Shown in pieces: positions 21,149 through 29,580 of a stretch of DNA of 42,738 nucleotides. Made by a program: the position numbers and the translations under genes. Each line of letters starts with the position of its first letter. Positions within the stretch are counted from its first letter, which is position 1. Source of the DNA: Aquificales bacterium (GTDB lineage Bacteria; Aquificota; Aquificia; Aquificales; QOAS01). The DNA lies in NCBI GenBank assembly GCA_012962155.1, contig DTXZ01000004.1, positions 1 through 42,738 of the forward strand, read 5' to 3'. Under the pieces are notes generated by a model. The model was not told the DNA's origin, did no database searches, and saw only the letters and a list, made by a program, of their open reading frames with translations.

Positions 21149-22040
21149 GGGTTATCTCCGTTCCCACCCCTTCGTCGGTAAAGATTTCTAGGAGAATTGA
21201 GTGGGAAAGTCTCCCGTCTATTATGTGGACCTTCCCAACGCCCCCCTTGAGGGCGGAAACTGCGGAACGCACTTTCGGTATCATTCCTCCCCCTATAGTC
21301 CCGTCCTTTATAAGTTCCTCCACTTGGGTGTCTTTTAATTTCTTTATAAGGTTTCCATTTTTGTCTTTAACCCCTTCGGTGTCGGTCAGATAAATTAGTT
21401 TTTCCGCCCTAAGGGCCTTGGCAACTTCCGCAGCGGCTATGTCCGCATTTATGTTATAGGCTTCCCCTCTCTCCCCTACACCTATAGGGGCTATAACGGG
21501 GATGTAATTTTTCTCCAAAAGGGTTTTTATCGGTTCGGTATTAACCCGTTCAACTTCTCCCACCAATCCTATATCTCCCGAAGGGGGTTTTATCCCCAAT
21601 TTTTCGCTAAAGTAGGAGCTATCTATTTTTTTAGCCTTTAAAAGTCTCCCATCCCTTCCCGAAAGGCCCACCGCGTAGATTTTTTCTCCCGAGTGTTTAT
21701 TTATAAGGGCTACTATGTCCTTGTTAATATCTCCGCTTAAAACCATTTCAACTATATGCATAACCTCTTCGGTGGTTTTTCTCAGTCCTCCAACGAATTC
21801 CACAGAAATTCCCAACTTTTTTAGCATTTCATTTATATGCTTTCCCCCTCCGTGGACTATAACGGGATTGATACCTACCAATTTTAGGAGGACCACATCC
21901 CTTGCAAAGGTTTCCCTAAGTTCCTCATTTACCATTGCGGAACCGCCGTATTTGATAACGAAGGTTTGTCCCCGAAATTTCCTAATATAGGGAAGGGCTT
22001 CCAAGAGAACTTCCGCTTTTTTTATGAGTTTTTCAACCAT
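21135..22040 (-). CDS. argB: Acetylglutamate kinase
   Basis: LLEALPYI, VIKYGGSAM, VHGGG, YNINAD, LTD..GV, GGMIPKV, LLEIFT..G.GT. Confidence 0.97.
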   Translation of the reverse strand: MVEKLIKKAEVLLEALPYIRKFRGQTFVIKYGGSAMVNEELRETFARDVVLLKLVGINPVIVHGGGKHINEMLKKLGISVEFVGGLRKTTEEVMHIVEMVLSGDINKDIVALINKHSGEKIYAVGLSGRDGRLLKAKKIDSSYFSEKLGIKPPSGDIGLVGEVERVNTEPIKTLLEKNYIPVIAPIGVGERGEAYNINADIAAAEVAKALRAEKLIYLTDTEGVKDKNGNLIKKLKDTQVEELIKDGTIGGGMIPKVRSAVSALKGGVGKVHIIDGRLSHSILLEIFTDEGVGTEITLKGD

Positions 22041-22077
22041 TAAGGGTATATTTTGGGGAAAAGGGAAACAAAAGAGG

Positions 22078-23835
22078 TTACATCCTTTCGGGAGCGGAGA
22101 TACCTATGAACTTAAAAATTAACCTTAAGGCGGTCCTAATTGCTTTTAAAAGTGCCAACCTCGCCTTCATCAGTTCAAAATCATCGGTCATTACCCTGTA
22201 GTGGTTGTAGTAGTAGTGAAACTTTTTAACAAGTTCCACCGCCAGTTGGGGAAGCAGATGAATTTCCCTACTTTGGGCTATGGAGATAAGCTCATCCTTT
22301 AAGGTTGCCAAATCTTTTATAAGCTCCAATTCGGTTTCGCCGTTTAAAAGAAGCGGGTTAAATTCAAACTCTTCCTCCGCGTTGAAACCTTTTCTATTTT
22401 TAACCTCTCGAAAAATTCCGCTTATGCGGGCGTGGGCATACTGTACGTAAAAGACGGGGTTTTCCGAACTTTCCTCTTTAGCCTTTTCAATGTCAAACTC
22501 CAAGGGTGTATCGCTTCTTTTTGTTATAAACCAGAAGCGTATTACGTCCTCTCCTACCTCATCCATAAGTTCCCGCAGGGTAACAAAGTTCCCCGCCCTT
22601 TTAGACATTTTTACCTCTTTACCGTTTCGGTAAAGCTTTACCAGTTGAACCAGTTCCACCTCCAGCCAATCTTCCTTTACGCCAAAGGCCTTTATAGCAG
22701 CTTTTATTCGCGGCACATAACCGTGGTGGTCGGCACCCCAAACGTTTATAACCTTGTTAAAACCCCTCAGATATTTGTTGTAGTGATAAGCTATATCGCT
22801 GGCAAAGTAAGTGTAACTTCCGTCACTTTTTATTACCACCCTATCCTTATCGTCGCCAAACTCGGTGGTTTTGAACCAAATCGCCCCTTCCTTTTCATAA
22901 AGCAAACCCTTTTCTCTTAAAAACTTAAGGGTTTTTTCCACATAACCCGTTTGGTATAGACTTTTTTCGGAAAACCAAACGTCAAATTTTATACCGAACC
23001 TATTTAGGTCTTCCTTTATCTCCTCAAGCATTTCTTTTAAACCGAACTCCGAGAGGAAGGATATAGCCCTCTCTTTGGGAAGTTCTAAAATTTGTTCCCT
23101 ATAGAGGTTATACACCTTTTGGGCCAATTCCTGTATGTATTCCCCTCGGTATCCGTTCCTTTCAAAATCTTCACCTATCTCCCTAAATAGTTCCGATATG
23201 CGGGCATAAAGTCTATCCTTCTTAGTAGTTCCATCACCCAAGGGGGTTATATAAACCGGGGAAGAATACGCCCCATCGTAAACAAGCGATAGCATTAGCT
23301 CCAAATAGCGGTAAAGAATGGAAACCCCGAGCACTCTTATTTGATTACCCGCATCGTTTATGTAGTATTCGCGGGTAACATCCCAACCGTAAAACTCTAG
23401 TAAATTGGCCATTACATCTCCTACCACCGCACCCCTGCCGTGTCCCAAGTGGAGGGGACCCGTGGGGTTGGCGCTGACATATTCAAGTTGGACTTTTCTA
23501 TCCAAGCCGATATTTTCCCTAAAGTAGTCAAACCCCTTGGAGAGAATATCCTTTAAAACACCGTAGTAGTAATCTTTGGAAAACCTAAGGTTTATAAAGG
23601 CCGGTTTTGCAACTTCAACACTTTCAAAGGCGGAATTTTTCCTTAACTCTTCCGCTATTTCGTTGGCTATCTCAAAAGGGTTTCCCTTAAGGTGTTTAGC
23701 CAATATAAAGGCAACATTGGTAGCCAAATCTCCGAATTCTTTCCTTTTAGGTCTTTCAACCTTGAACTCTATCCCCGAAAGGTTGTATCTTTGCTTTATT
23801 AAATTTTGTATCTCTTTTTTCAAAAAACCCTGCAT
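22078..23835 (-). CDS. argS: Arginine--tRNA ligase
   Basis: GDLATN, EYVSANPTGPLHLGHGR (HIGH), GDDKDRV, WGADHHGY, KMSKR, NPVFYVQYAHAR, APERM C-terminus. Confidence 0.97.
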   Translation of the reverse strand: MQGFLKKEIQNLIKQRYNLSGIEFKVERPKRKEFGDLATNVAFILAKHLKGNPFEIANEIAEELRKNSAFESVEVAKPAFINLRFSKDYYYGVLKDILSKGFDYFRENIGLDRKVQLEYVSANPTGPLHLGHGRGAVVGDVMANLLEFYGWDVTREYYINDAGNQIRVLGVSILYRYLELMLSLVYDGAYSSPVYITPLGDGTTKKDRLYARISELFREIGEDFERNGYRGEYIQELAQKVYNLYREQILELPKERAISFLSEFGLKEMLEEIKEDLNRFGIKFDVWFSEKSLYQTGYVEKTLKFLREKGLLYEKEGAIWFKTTEFGDDKDRVVIKSDGSYTYFASDIAYHYNKYLRGFNKVINVWGADHHGYVPRIKAAIKAFGVKEDWLEVELVQLVKLYRNGKEVKMSKRAGNFVTLRELMDEVGEDVIRFWFITKRSDTPLEFDIEKAKEESSENPVFYVQYAHARISGIFREVKNRKGFNAEEEFEFNPLLLNGETELELIKDLATLKDELISIAQSREIHLLPQLAVELVKKFHYYYNHYRVMTDDFELMKARLALLKAIRTALRLIFKFIGISAPERM

Positions 23836-23839
23836 GGGA

Positions 23840-24472
23840 TTAAGAATTATCTACCCGGACTCCCTTAGCCCTTAAAATAAATTCCTTTAGTTTTTTCAAA
23901 TCCTTTTTCCCCTTCGTCAGTTCCACCCCACTGGATACGTCCACAGCGTAGGGTCTTACCGAGGAGATAGCCTCCTCAACATTTTCGGGATTTAACCCCC
24001 CCGAAAGGAATATTTTGTAACCCTTTTGGGGTAGACCTTTAGCCACTTCCCAGTTAAAGGTTTCCCCAGTCCCTCCGTAAACCCCTCTTTTGTAGGTGTC
24101 AAGTAAAAAGGCGAAAACTCCTTCCCAAGGTTTTAAAAGTTCCTCACTCAAACTGTCCTTTACCCTAAAGGCCTTTATAACCTGCGATGGGGGGAGGTAA
24201 TTTAGGATTTCGGGGCCTTCGTCGCCGTGGAGCTGTATGTAGTCAAAACCGAGGTCAAAAAGTTCTATAAGCTTTTCGGGGGACCCGTTTACGACCACCG
24301 CAACGGTGGGGACCTTTTTAGGCAAGTTTCCCACTATTTCGCCAACCTTTTCCGGCTTTATGTAACGGGGGGACTTGGGGTAGAGAACAAAGCCTAAATA
24401 GTCCGCCCCCGCCTTGACCGCTTCTATTGCATCTTTGAGATTGGTTATTCCACAGACTTTTACCTTCACCAT
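23840..24472 (-). CDS. trpF: Phosphoribosylanthranilate isomerase
   Basis: KVCGIT, GFV.YPKSPR, QLHGDE, LLD...GGTGETFNW, SGGLNPEN, DVSSGVE. Confidence 0.97.
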   Translation of the reverse strand: MVKVKVCGITNLKDAIEAVKAGADYLGFVLYPKSPRYIKPEKVGEIVGNLPKKVPTVAVVVNGSPEKLIELFDLGFDYIQLHGDEGPEILNYLPPSQVIKAFRVKDSLSEELLKPWEGVFAFLLDTYKRGVYGGTGETFNWEVAKGLPQKGYKIFLSGGLNPENVEEAISSVRPYAVDVSSGVELTKGKKDLKKLKEFILRAKGVRVDNS

Positions 24473-24485
24473 TTCTAAAGGCTTC

Positions 24486-25205
24486 CTATTTTCTTAGCTC
24501 CGCCCATCCGACGGTAACATTTTCTTTGGGAAGGTAGAGCACGTATCGGGGTCTAATGTCTATTCCCAGTTCCTTAATGAGGAATTTCCTTACCTCCTTA
24601 ATTTTCCAGAAAAAGAGTAGATCTCCCTTAAAGTGGACTTCGGTCCACAAACCCAACCTTAGAGGAATTTCCCAATGTTTAATATCGTTTAGTAGTTCTT
24701 CGTAAAACCTTTCCCCGAGGGGGTGTTCCCGCAAAAAGTTTCTCTCTATGTGGGCAAGGGCTTCCGCAAAAGAGTGGCAGGCGCTTTTTAACCTTTCCCA
24801 GGACGGAAAAGCAATTTCAATCTCCAAGCTTCCTCTAAAAACTTCCGTTTCAAAATGCCCAACATCTTCCTTCCTCTTTAGGTCTAGGATTTTTATCCTT
24901 TCCCTTGTAAGCTTTTCCGCCGGTAAGTAAACCTTTTTGGGAATTTGAAGGTTATTCAATAAAGGGTATTTTTCACACACAAATCTTTTAACGTCCTCGG
25001 CTATTTCCGTTAACTTTAACCCTTTTGAAGTGAGGTAATTTCTTACCTTACTTTCCAATTGTTTGTCCTTTTTAATACTGTGAAAAATCACCGCCGAGGT
25101 TAGAGCCTCTTTAAGGGTTTCACCGGGTAGGTAGGGTTTACCCTCCCCATCCCTGGGAAAACCTTTTCTTGAAAAAACCAAAGGGGTTTGCGTAATAAGC
25201 TCCAT
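24486..25205 (-). CDS. Hypothetical protein resembling a shortened, degenerate type III-A CRISPR RAMP (Csm5-like)
   Basis: ITQTPLVF resembles the RAMP first strand T..P.HIG; D.EGKPYLPGETLKEAL resembles PYIPGSSIKGAI; PLRLG and terminal VGWAEL resemble the Csm5 C-terminus. 239 aa. Assigned by eye only. Confidence 0.55.
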   Translation of the reverse strand: MELITQTPLVFSRKGFPRDGEGKPYLPGETLKEALTSAVIFHSIKKDKQLESKVRNYLTSKGLKLTEIAEDVKRFVCEKYPLLNNLQIPKKVYLPAEKLTRERIKILDLKRKEDVGHFETEVFRGSLEIEIAFPSWERLKSACHSFAEALAHIERNFLREHPLGERFYEELLNDIKHWEIPLRLGLWTEVHFKGDLLFFWKIKEVRKFLIKELGIDIRPRYVLYLPKENVTVGWAELRK

Positions 25206-25257
25206 AACTTGATAATATTACACTAAGAATTTTTTAGTATAATCATCTTAATTAAAA

Positions 25258-25278
25258 TATTGAAATTCCGTATCAATA
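25258..25278. promoter_or_regulatory. Fur-box-like inverted repeat upstream of feoA
   Basis: TATTGA-AATTCCGTA-TCAATA. Core TGAAATT-C-CGTATCA matches the Fur 7-1-7 consensus TGATAAT-N-ATTATCA at 5/7 in each arm; lies 22 bp before feoA. Confidence 0.55.
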
Positions 25279-25300
25279 AATCCATATTCTTATAGATGAT

Positions 25301-25537
25301 ATGGGAGTGAAAAGGCTAAGCCAAATTGAAGAAGGGAAGCTGGTCAAAATAGTGGGGTGCGAAACGGGTAAGGGTTTGAAAAGGAGACTGGAAGGCTTGG
25401 GGCTTACCAGCGGGAGAACCGTTAAGGTTTTAAAAAACGGTTGGGGCCCCCTGTTGATTGAAGTTTTGGGGAGAAAAATAGGAATTGGTAGGGGACAGGC
25501 TGAAAAAATACTGGTAGAAGAGGTTAAGGAGTCTTAA
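25301..25537 (+). CDS. feoA: Ferrous iron transport protein A
   Basis: 78 aa; LSQI..G..VKI, RRLEGLGL..G..VKV, GPLLIEV.G.KIGIGRG.AEKI.V, the FeoA SH3-like pattern. Confidence 0.92.
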   Translation: MGVKRLSQIEEGKLVKIVGCETGKGLKRRLEGLGLTSGRTVKVLKNGWGPLLIEVLGRKIGIGRGQAEKILVEEVKES

Positions 25538-25546
25538 AAAGAAGCT

Positions 25547-25572
25547 AATACCCGCCGAAGGTGGGTATTTTT
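25547..25572 (+). terminator. Intrinsic terminator after feoA
   Basis: AATACCCGCC-GAA-GGTGGGTATT hairpin (one G-U pair) running into a U-rich tract, 9 bp after the feoA stop. Confidence 0.7.
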
Positions 25573-25589
25573 CTTATTTTCTAAACTTA

Positions 25590-26414
25590 ATGTCTTCCAC
25601 GGTAGTTCTCGTAGGTCTCGGCAATATGGGCCGAAAATATCTAAACAAACTTTTGGAGCTCAACGTAAAACCCACCCTTTGCGACCTAAATTTTGAACTT
25701 AAAAGGGAGTTCCAAAATTTTCCCTTTTACCACTCCTATAGGGATATCGAAGGAAATCCTTCCACCGTTTTTGTGGCTATAAATCCCCAATTCCACCCCG
25801 AGGTGGCCCAATACTTTCTCTCCAAAGGGGCTTTTGTATTACTTGAGAAACCCCCCGCGTTGAATTATATAGACCTTGCCCGTTTGGCGGAAAACTTTGG
25901 CGGATACCCCTTTGGCGTTTCGGAAATAGAGAGGTATTCCCTTGCGGTTAAGAATTTTAAACCCGATCCCCATAAGGTTAAGGCGGTTCTTATAAACCGC
26001 CTCAACGGTGGAAGGGGTTACATAAACCCCATATGGGACTTGGCGTGGCACGACCTGTATTTAATTTTGTACCTATTTGGTGAATTTGAAATAAAAACCG
26101 TTGAGAGAAAAGGAGATTTCTATTACAGGGTAAGGGGAGAAATTTTGAAATCCATACCCTTTGAGTTAAACGTGGCTTGGAATTACCCAAATGTGGATAG
26201 GAGTTGGACAATTTTAACCTCCGATGGAGAGATTGTGTTGGATTTTTTAAACGAACGGAGGTTGGAAAACGGTAAGACGGTATCCCTTCGGAAGGGAAAG
26301 GACAAACTGTACGAACTGGTAAAGGATTGCTTGAGTGGAAAATACGACACCCTATCGGTCCAAAGGGCGTTATTTATCCTAAAGGAGTTGGAGAAAAGAG
26401 GAAAAAACCTTTAA
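25590..26414 (+). CDS. Gfo/Idh/MocA family NAD(P)-dependent oxidoreductase
   Basis: Rossmann GLGNMG, P..H, VLLEKP, WDLAWHD. Substrate unknown. Confidence 0.85.
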   Translation: MSSTVVLVGLGNMGRKYLNKLLELNVKPTLCDLNFELKREFQNFPFYHSYRDIEGNPSTVFVAINPQFHPEVAQYFLSKGAFVLLEKPPALNYIDLARLAENFGGYPFGVSEIERYSLAVKNFKPDPHKVKAVLINRLNGGRGYINPIWDLAWHDLYLILYLFGEFEIKTVERKGDFYYRVRGEILKSIPFELNVAWNYPNVDRSWTILTSDGEIVLDFLNERRLENGKTVSLRKGKDKLYELVKDCLSGKYDTLSVQRALFILKELEKRGKNL

Positions 26415-26416
26415 GG

Positions 26417-26803
<387 letters not shown>

Positions 26804-27889
26804 TTAAAAAACAAAGGCAATTTCCGCACCCAATCTCAGTTCATTGTCGCTCAAATCGTTGGGTTTGTCACCCTTTTTTTGATAATGCTTGTGGCCGAGG
26901 GTTACATAGGAAATTTCTCCCTTCACGTATAAATACCTGTTGAGTTGATATTTTGGGGTTACGGTGAAAGTCCAAGCGTTGTTACCTTCTCCGATTCCGT
27001 AGTTATCCCCGTCCCCATCATTGTTTACGTATTCAATTCTTCCCCCTATGGAGAGTTGGTTATTAACTTTGAATTCTCCGAGGAGGGCCACTCCTACCGA
27101 GTCCGCATTATCCCCCGTTTGGGGGGTATTTAGGTAGTCTACGTAGAGGGTTAGCGGCAGATAGTCCAAATAGTTTATATTGACGGTTAGATTGTATACC
27201 TTTGTATTGGTCTCATCCTTTTTATCGGGAATTAAAACGTTAAACCCTACATCTACATTAGCAAAGGAAGTTCCTACTCCCGCCTCAAGGGCCATTTTTC
27301 CGTCGTCGGTATCCCTATCGTTTACCCCTATGTAACCCTGAAACTTTCCGTACTGGACCGAAACCCTTATACCGTCAAACCAAACCGGTTCTCCCCCCCA
27401 AACCAAACCTCTTTGAATGTTTACATTTTGCCAAGTAAAGGGTGCTTCTCCACCTATGTTGGTCGCAAATCTACCCGCGGTCAAGGTTACAAATCCCAGT
27501 TTTCCTTCCACGTAAGCTTCAAAAACTCCAAAATTGGTATCGCTTTTGGAAAAAGCCCCGTTGCCATCGTCGGGGTTGGGTATAGGCTCTAGACCCACTA
27601 CGGGAAACCAAGCCTGACCTACACTAAAGCCGAAACCGAAAGGATTTTTTTCGCTTGCGGTTTTATAAATTCCCAAAAAGGCGGTATAGGTGAATTTGTC
27701 TCCATATCCGCTTTGTCCGTTTATGTTGTCGCTTCTATTGGCGGTATAAATGTAGTCTCCGGTAACAGCGATATTAAGCTCTATATCCTTTTGATTAAAA
27801 AGTTGCTTTAATTCTTCCATGGAACCGGCATTGGTTACCAATGAAAACCCAAGGAGACCGGCCGCGGGTAAAAATCTAAACTTCTTCAT
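26804..27889 (-). CDS. Outer-membrane beta-barrel porin (putative porin-2/OmpL-like family)
   Basis: Signal peptide MKKFRFLPAAGLLGFSLVTNA (start ATG 27889), amphipathic beta strands, EAYV...GRFATNIG.E......N.NI.RG pattern, C-terminal Phe (AFVF). Confidence 0.8.
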   Translation of the reverse strand: MKKFRFLPAAGLLGFSLVTNAGSMEELKQLFNQKDIELNIAVTGDYIYTANRSDNINGQSGYGDKFTYTAFLGIYKTASEKNPFGFGFSVGQAWFPVVGLEPIPNPDDGNGAFSKSDTNFGVFEAYVEGKLGFVTLTAGRFATNIGGEAPFTWQNVNIQRGLVWGGEPVWFDGIRVSVQYGKFQGYIGVNDRDTDDGKMALEAGVGTSFANVDVGFNVLIPDKKDETNTKVYNLTVNINYLDYLPLTLYVDYLNTPQTGDNADSVGVALLGEFKVNNQLSIGGRIEYVNNDGDGDNYGIGEGNNAWTFTVTPKYQLNRYLYVKGEISYVTLGHKHYQKKGDKPNDLSDNELRLGAEIAFVF

Positions 27890-27972
27890 AAGTTTCTTTA
27901 CTAATAAAGGGAGCCGCAAAGGGGAAAAAATTTAAGACACCCGAAAATGTTTACAAAACATGAATAATTTTG

Positions 27973-29106
27973 TTAAGTTGTATATTCTGCATTGAGTTTT
28001 ACGTAATCGTAGGTCAAATCGGAGGTGTAATAAGTCCAGCTTTGGTGTCCCTCCTTTAGGTCTACCATTATCGGAATCTCTTTGTTTTTCCTCATGTATT
28101 GAGCCACTTCTTCCAAATTGGTATTGGTCGGAGTTCCGTCCACCAGTAGCGGGTAATTCCCTATGTAAATGTCCAAACGGTCGGGATCTACGGGGTATTG
28201 GGGCAGGCTTCCCACCGCTTGGGCAATTCTTCCCCAATTGGGATCACAGCCAAAGAGGGCGGTTTTGACCAGTAGAGATGTGGCAACCCTTTCCGCCAAA
28301 GCTTTTGCCTTTTCCTCACTTACCGCGTTTACGATTTTTATAACACCTATTTTGGTGGCACCCTCTCCGTCCGCCACAATAAGTTTGGAAATCGCTTCGG
28401 CAACTTCAAAGGTATCTTTTTCCACTTTTTCTACGGGAATTTCTTCCTCTCCGAGGGAGATAAGTAGGAAACTATCGTTGGTGGAGGTGCAACCGTCCAC
28501 CGTTATGGAGTTAAAGGTTTTCTCCGTAACCCTTGAGTGGATTTCCCTAAGGGCGTTAAAGTTAAGCTTTGCGGGTGTAAAAATGTAGGCGAGCATCGTT
28601 CCCATATTGGGGTGTATCATTCCCGCACCTTTGCCGAAACCGAAAGCGTACTCCTTTTGGGAGTATTTCGGAAAACGGTCGGTTGTTGATATAGTCTCCG
28701 CCGCCTCCCTTAGATTCAAAAGCTTAAGCTCGGAACAAGCTCGGTCTATACCTACCAAAACCTTTCCAATAGGGAGTAAAGCCCCTATCAGTCCCGTAGA
28801 GAAAACCAAAACCTCTTCCGGTTTTATATCCAAGTTTTGCGCCACCCTTTGGGCCATCATTTGGGCATGTTTTAGTCCCTCTTTTCCCGTTCCGCAGTTG
28901 GCGTTACCGCTATTTACGACAAAAGCCCTAAATAGTTTTCTTTTATCGGTTAAACCTTTAGAGTAAATTACCGGGGCCGCCTTAAAGTGGTTTTTGGTAT
29001 ATACCGCGGAAACCAAAACGGGTTTTTCAAAAAATACGACCAATAAATCCTTTTTTCCCGAAGGTTTTATCCCCGCCCGGGCTGTCCCCATTAGAACTTG
29101 CACCAC
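27973..29106 (-). CDS. argJ: Ornithine acetyltransferase / arginine biosynthesis protein ArgJ
   Basis: AGIK, NSGNANC.TG, STG.IG, TTD, KGAGMIHPNMGTML (autocleavage Thr), DG.TSTND, DGEGATK, DPNWGR, YVKLNAEY; GTG start. Confidence 0.96.
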   Translation of the reverse strand: MVQVLMGTARAGIKPSGKKDLLVVFFEKPVLVSAVYTKNHFKAAPVIYSKGLTDKRKLFRAFVVNSGNANCGTGKEGLKHAQMMAQRVAQNLDIKPEEVLVFSTGLIGALLPIGKVLVGIDRACSELKLLNLREAAETISTTDRFPKYSQKEYAFGFGKGAGMIHPNMGTMLAYIFTPAKLNFNALREIHSRVTEKTFNSITVDGCTSTNDSFLLISLGEEEIPVEKVEKDTFEVAEAISKLIVADGEGATKIGVIKIVNAVSEEKAKALAERVATSLLVKTALFGCDPNWGRIAQAVGSLPQYPVDPDRLDIYIGNYPLLVDGTPTNTNLEEVAQYMRKNKEIPIMVDLKEGHQSWTYYTSDLTYDYVKLNAEYTT

Positions 29107-29107
29107 T

Positions 29108-29500
29108 TTACCCCCTTAAAACTTTTTTCAAAATAAGATTTACGTTGGTAATACCTATTGCCTGCAGTGTAGACAAAAGCCTTGCGACATACTTGTAAGG
29201 TGTTCTCTCGTCGGCGGTAACATTAACCACAAAAGGTTTTCTTTCTCTCAAAATCTCCTTAAGTTTGGATAGGGTTACCACCTTTCCTTTAAAGAGGAGT
29301 TTTCCATCTTTATCTACCGAAATATTTATTATTTTTAAGTTCGCCTTCTTTCCTTCCCCTTTAGGTAGTTGAACGAATACGGAAACAAAAGGGGTTTTAA
29401 AGGCTATTATCGCCAAAAAGAGGAAAACCGCTAAAAGCACATCCACAATAGGTATAACCACCAGTTTCGGTTCTTCAAAATACTCCTTCGGAAATTTCAT
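29108..29500 (-). CDS. exbD: ExbD/TolR family biopolymer transport protein
   Basis: IPIVDVLL TM helix with the conserved Asp, V.LP, AD..TPY..V..L..L...G. Confidence 0.85.
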   Translation of the reverse strand: MKFPKEYFEEPKLVVIPIVDVLLAVFLFLAIIAFKTPFVSVFVQLPKGEGKKANLKIINISVDKDGKLLFKGKVVTLSKLKEILRERKPFVVNVTADERTPYKYVARLLSTLQAIGITNVNLILKKVLRG

Positions 29501-29580
29501 CTAAATAATATATAGGGCGAGTTTAAGGAATTTGGAAAAGTTAACCGAAAAAATTCTTTAAATAGGGTACTAAACTGAGT

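Noticed and set aside
24400-25600. CRISPR array or cas operon around the RAMP-like gene
   Set aside because: No direct repeats with spacers seen; intergenic gaps in the window are under about 120 bp; flanking genes are housekeeping.
27890-27972. Sigma54 promoter for porin-glnB
   Set aside because: A TTGC -12-like element exists on the minus strand, but no correctly spaced -24 GG.
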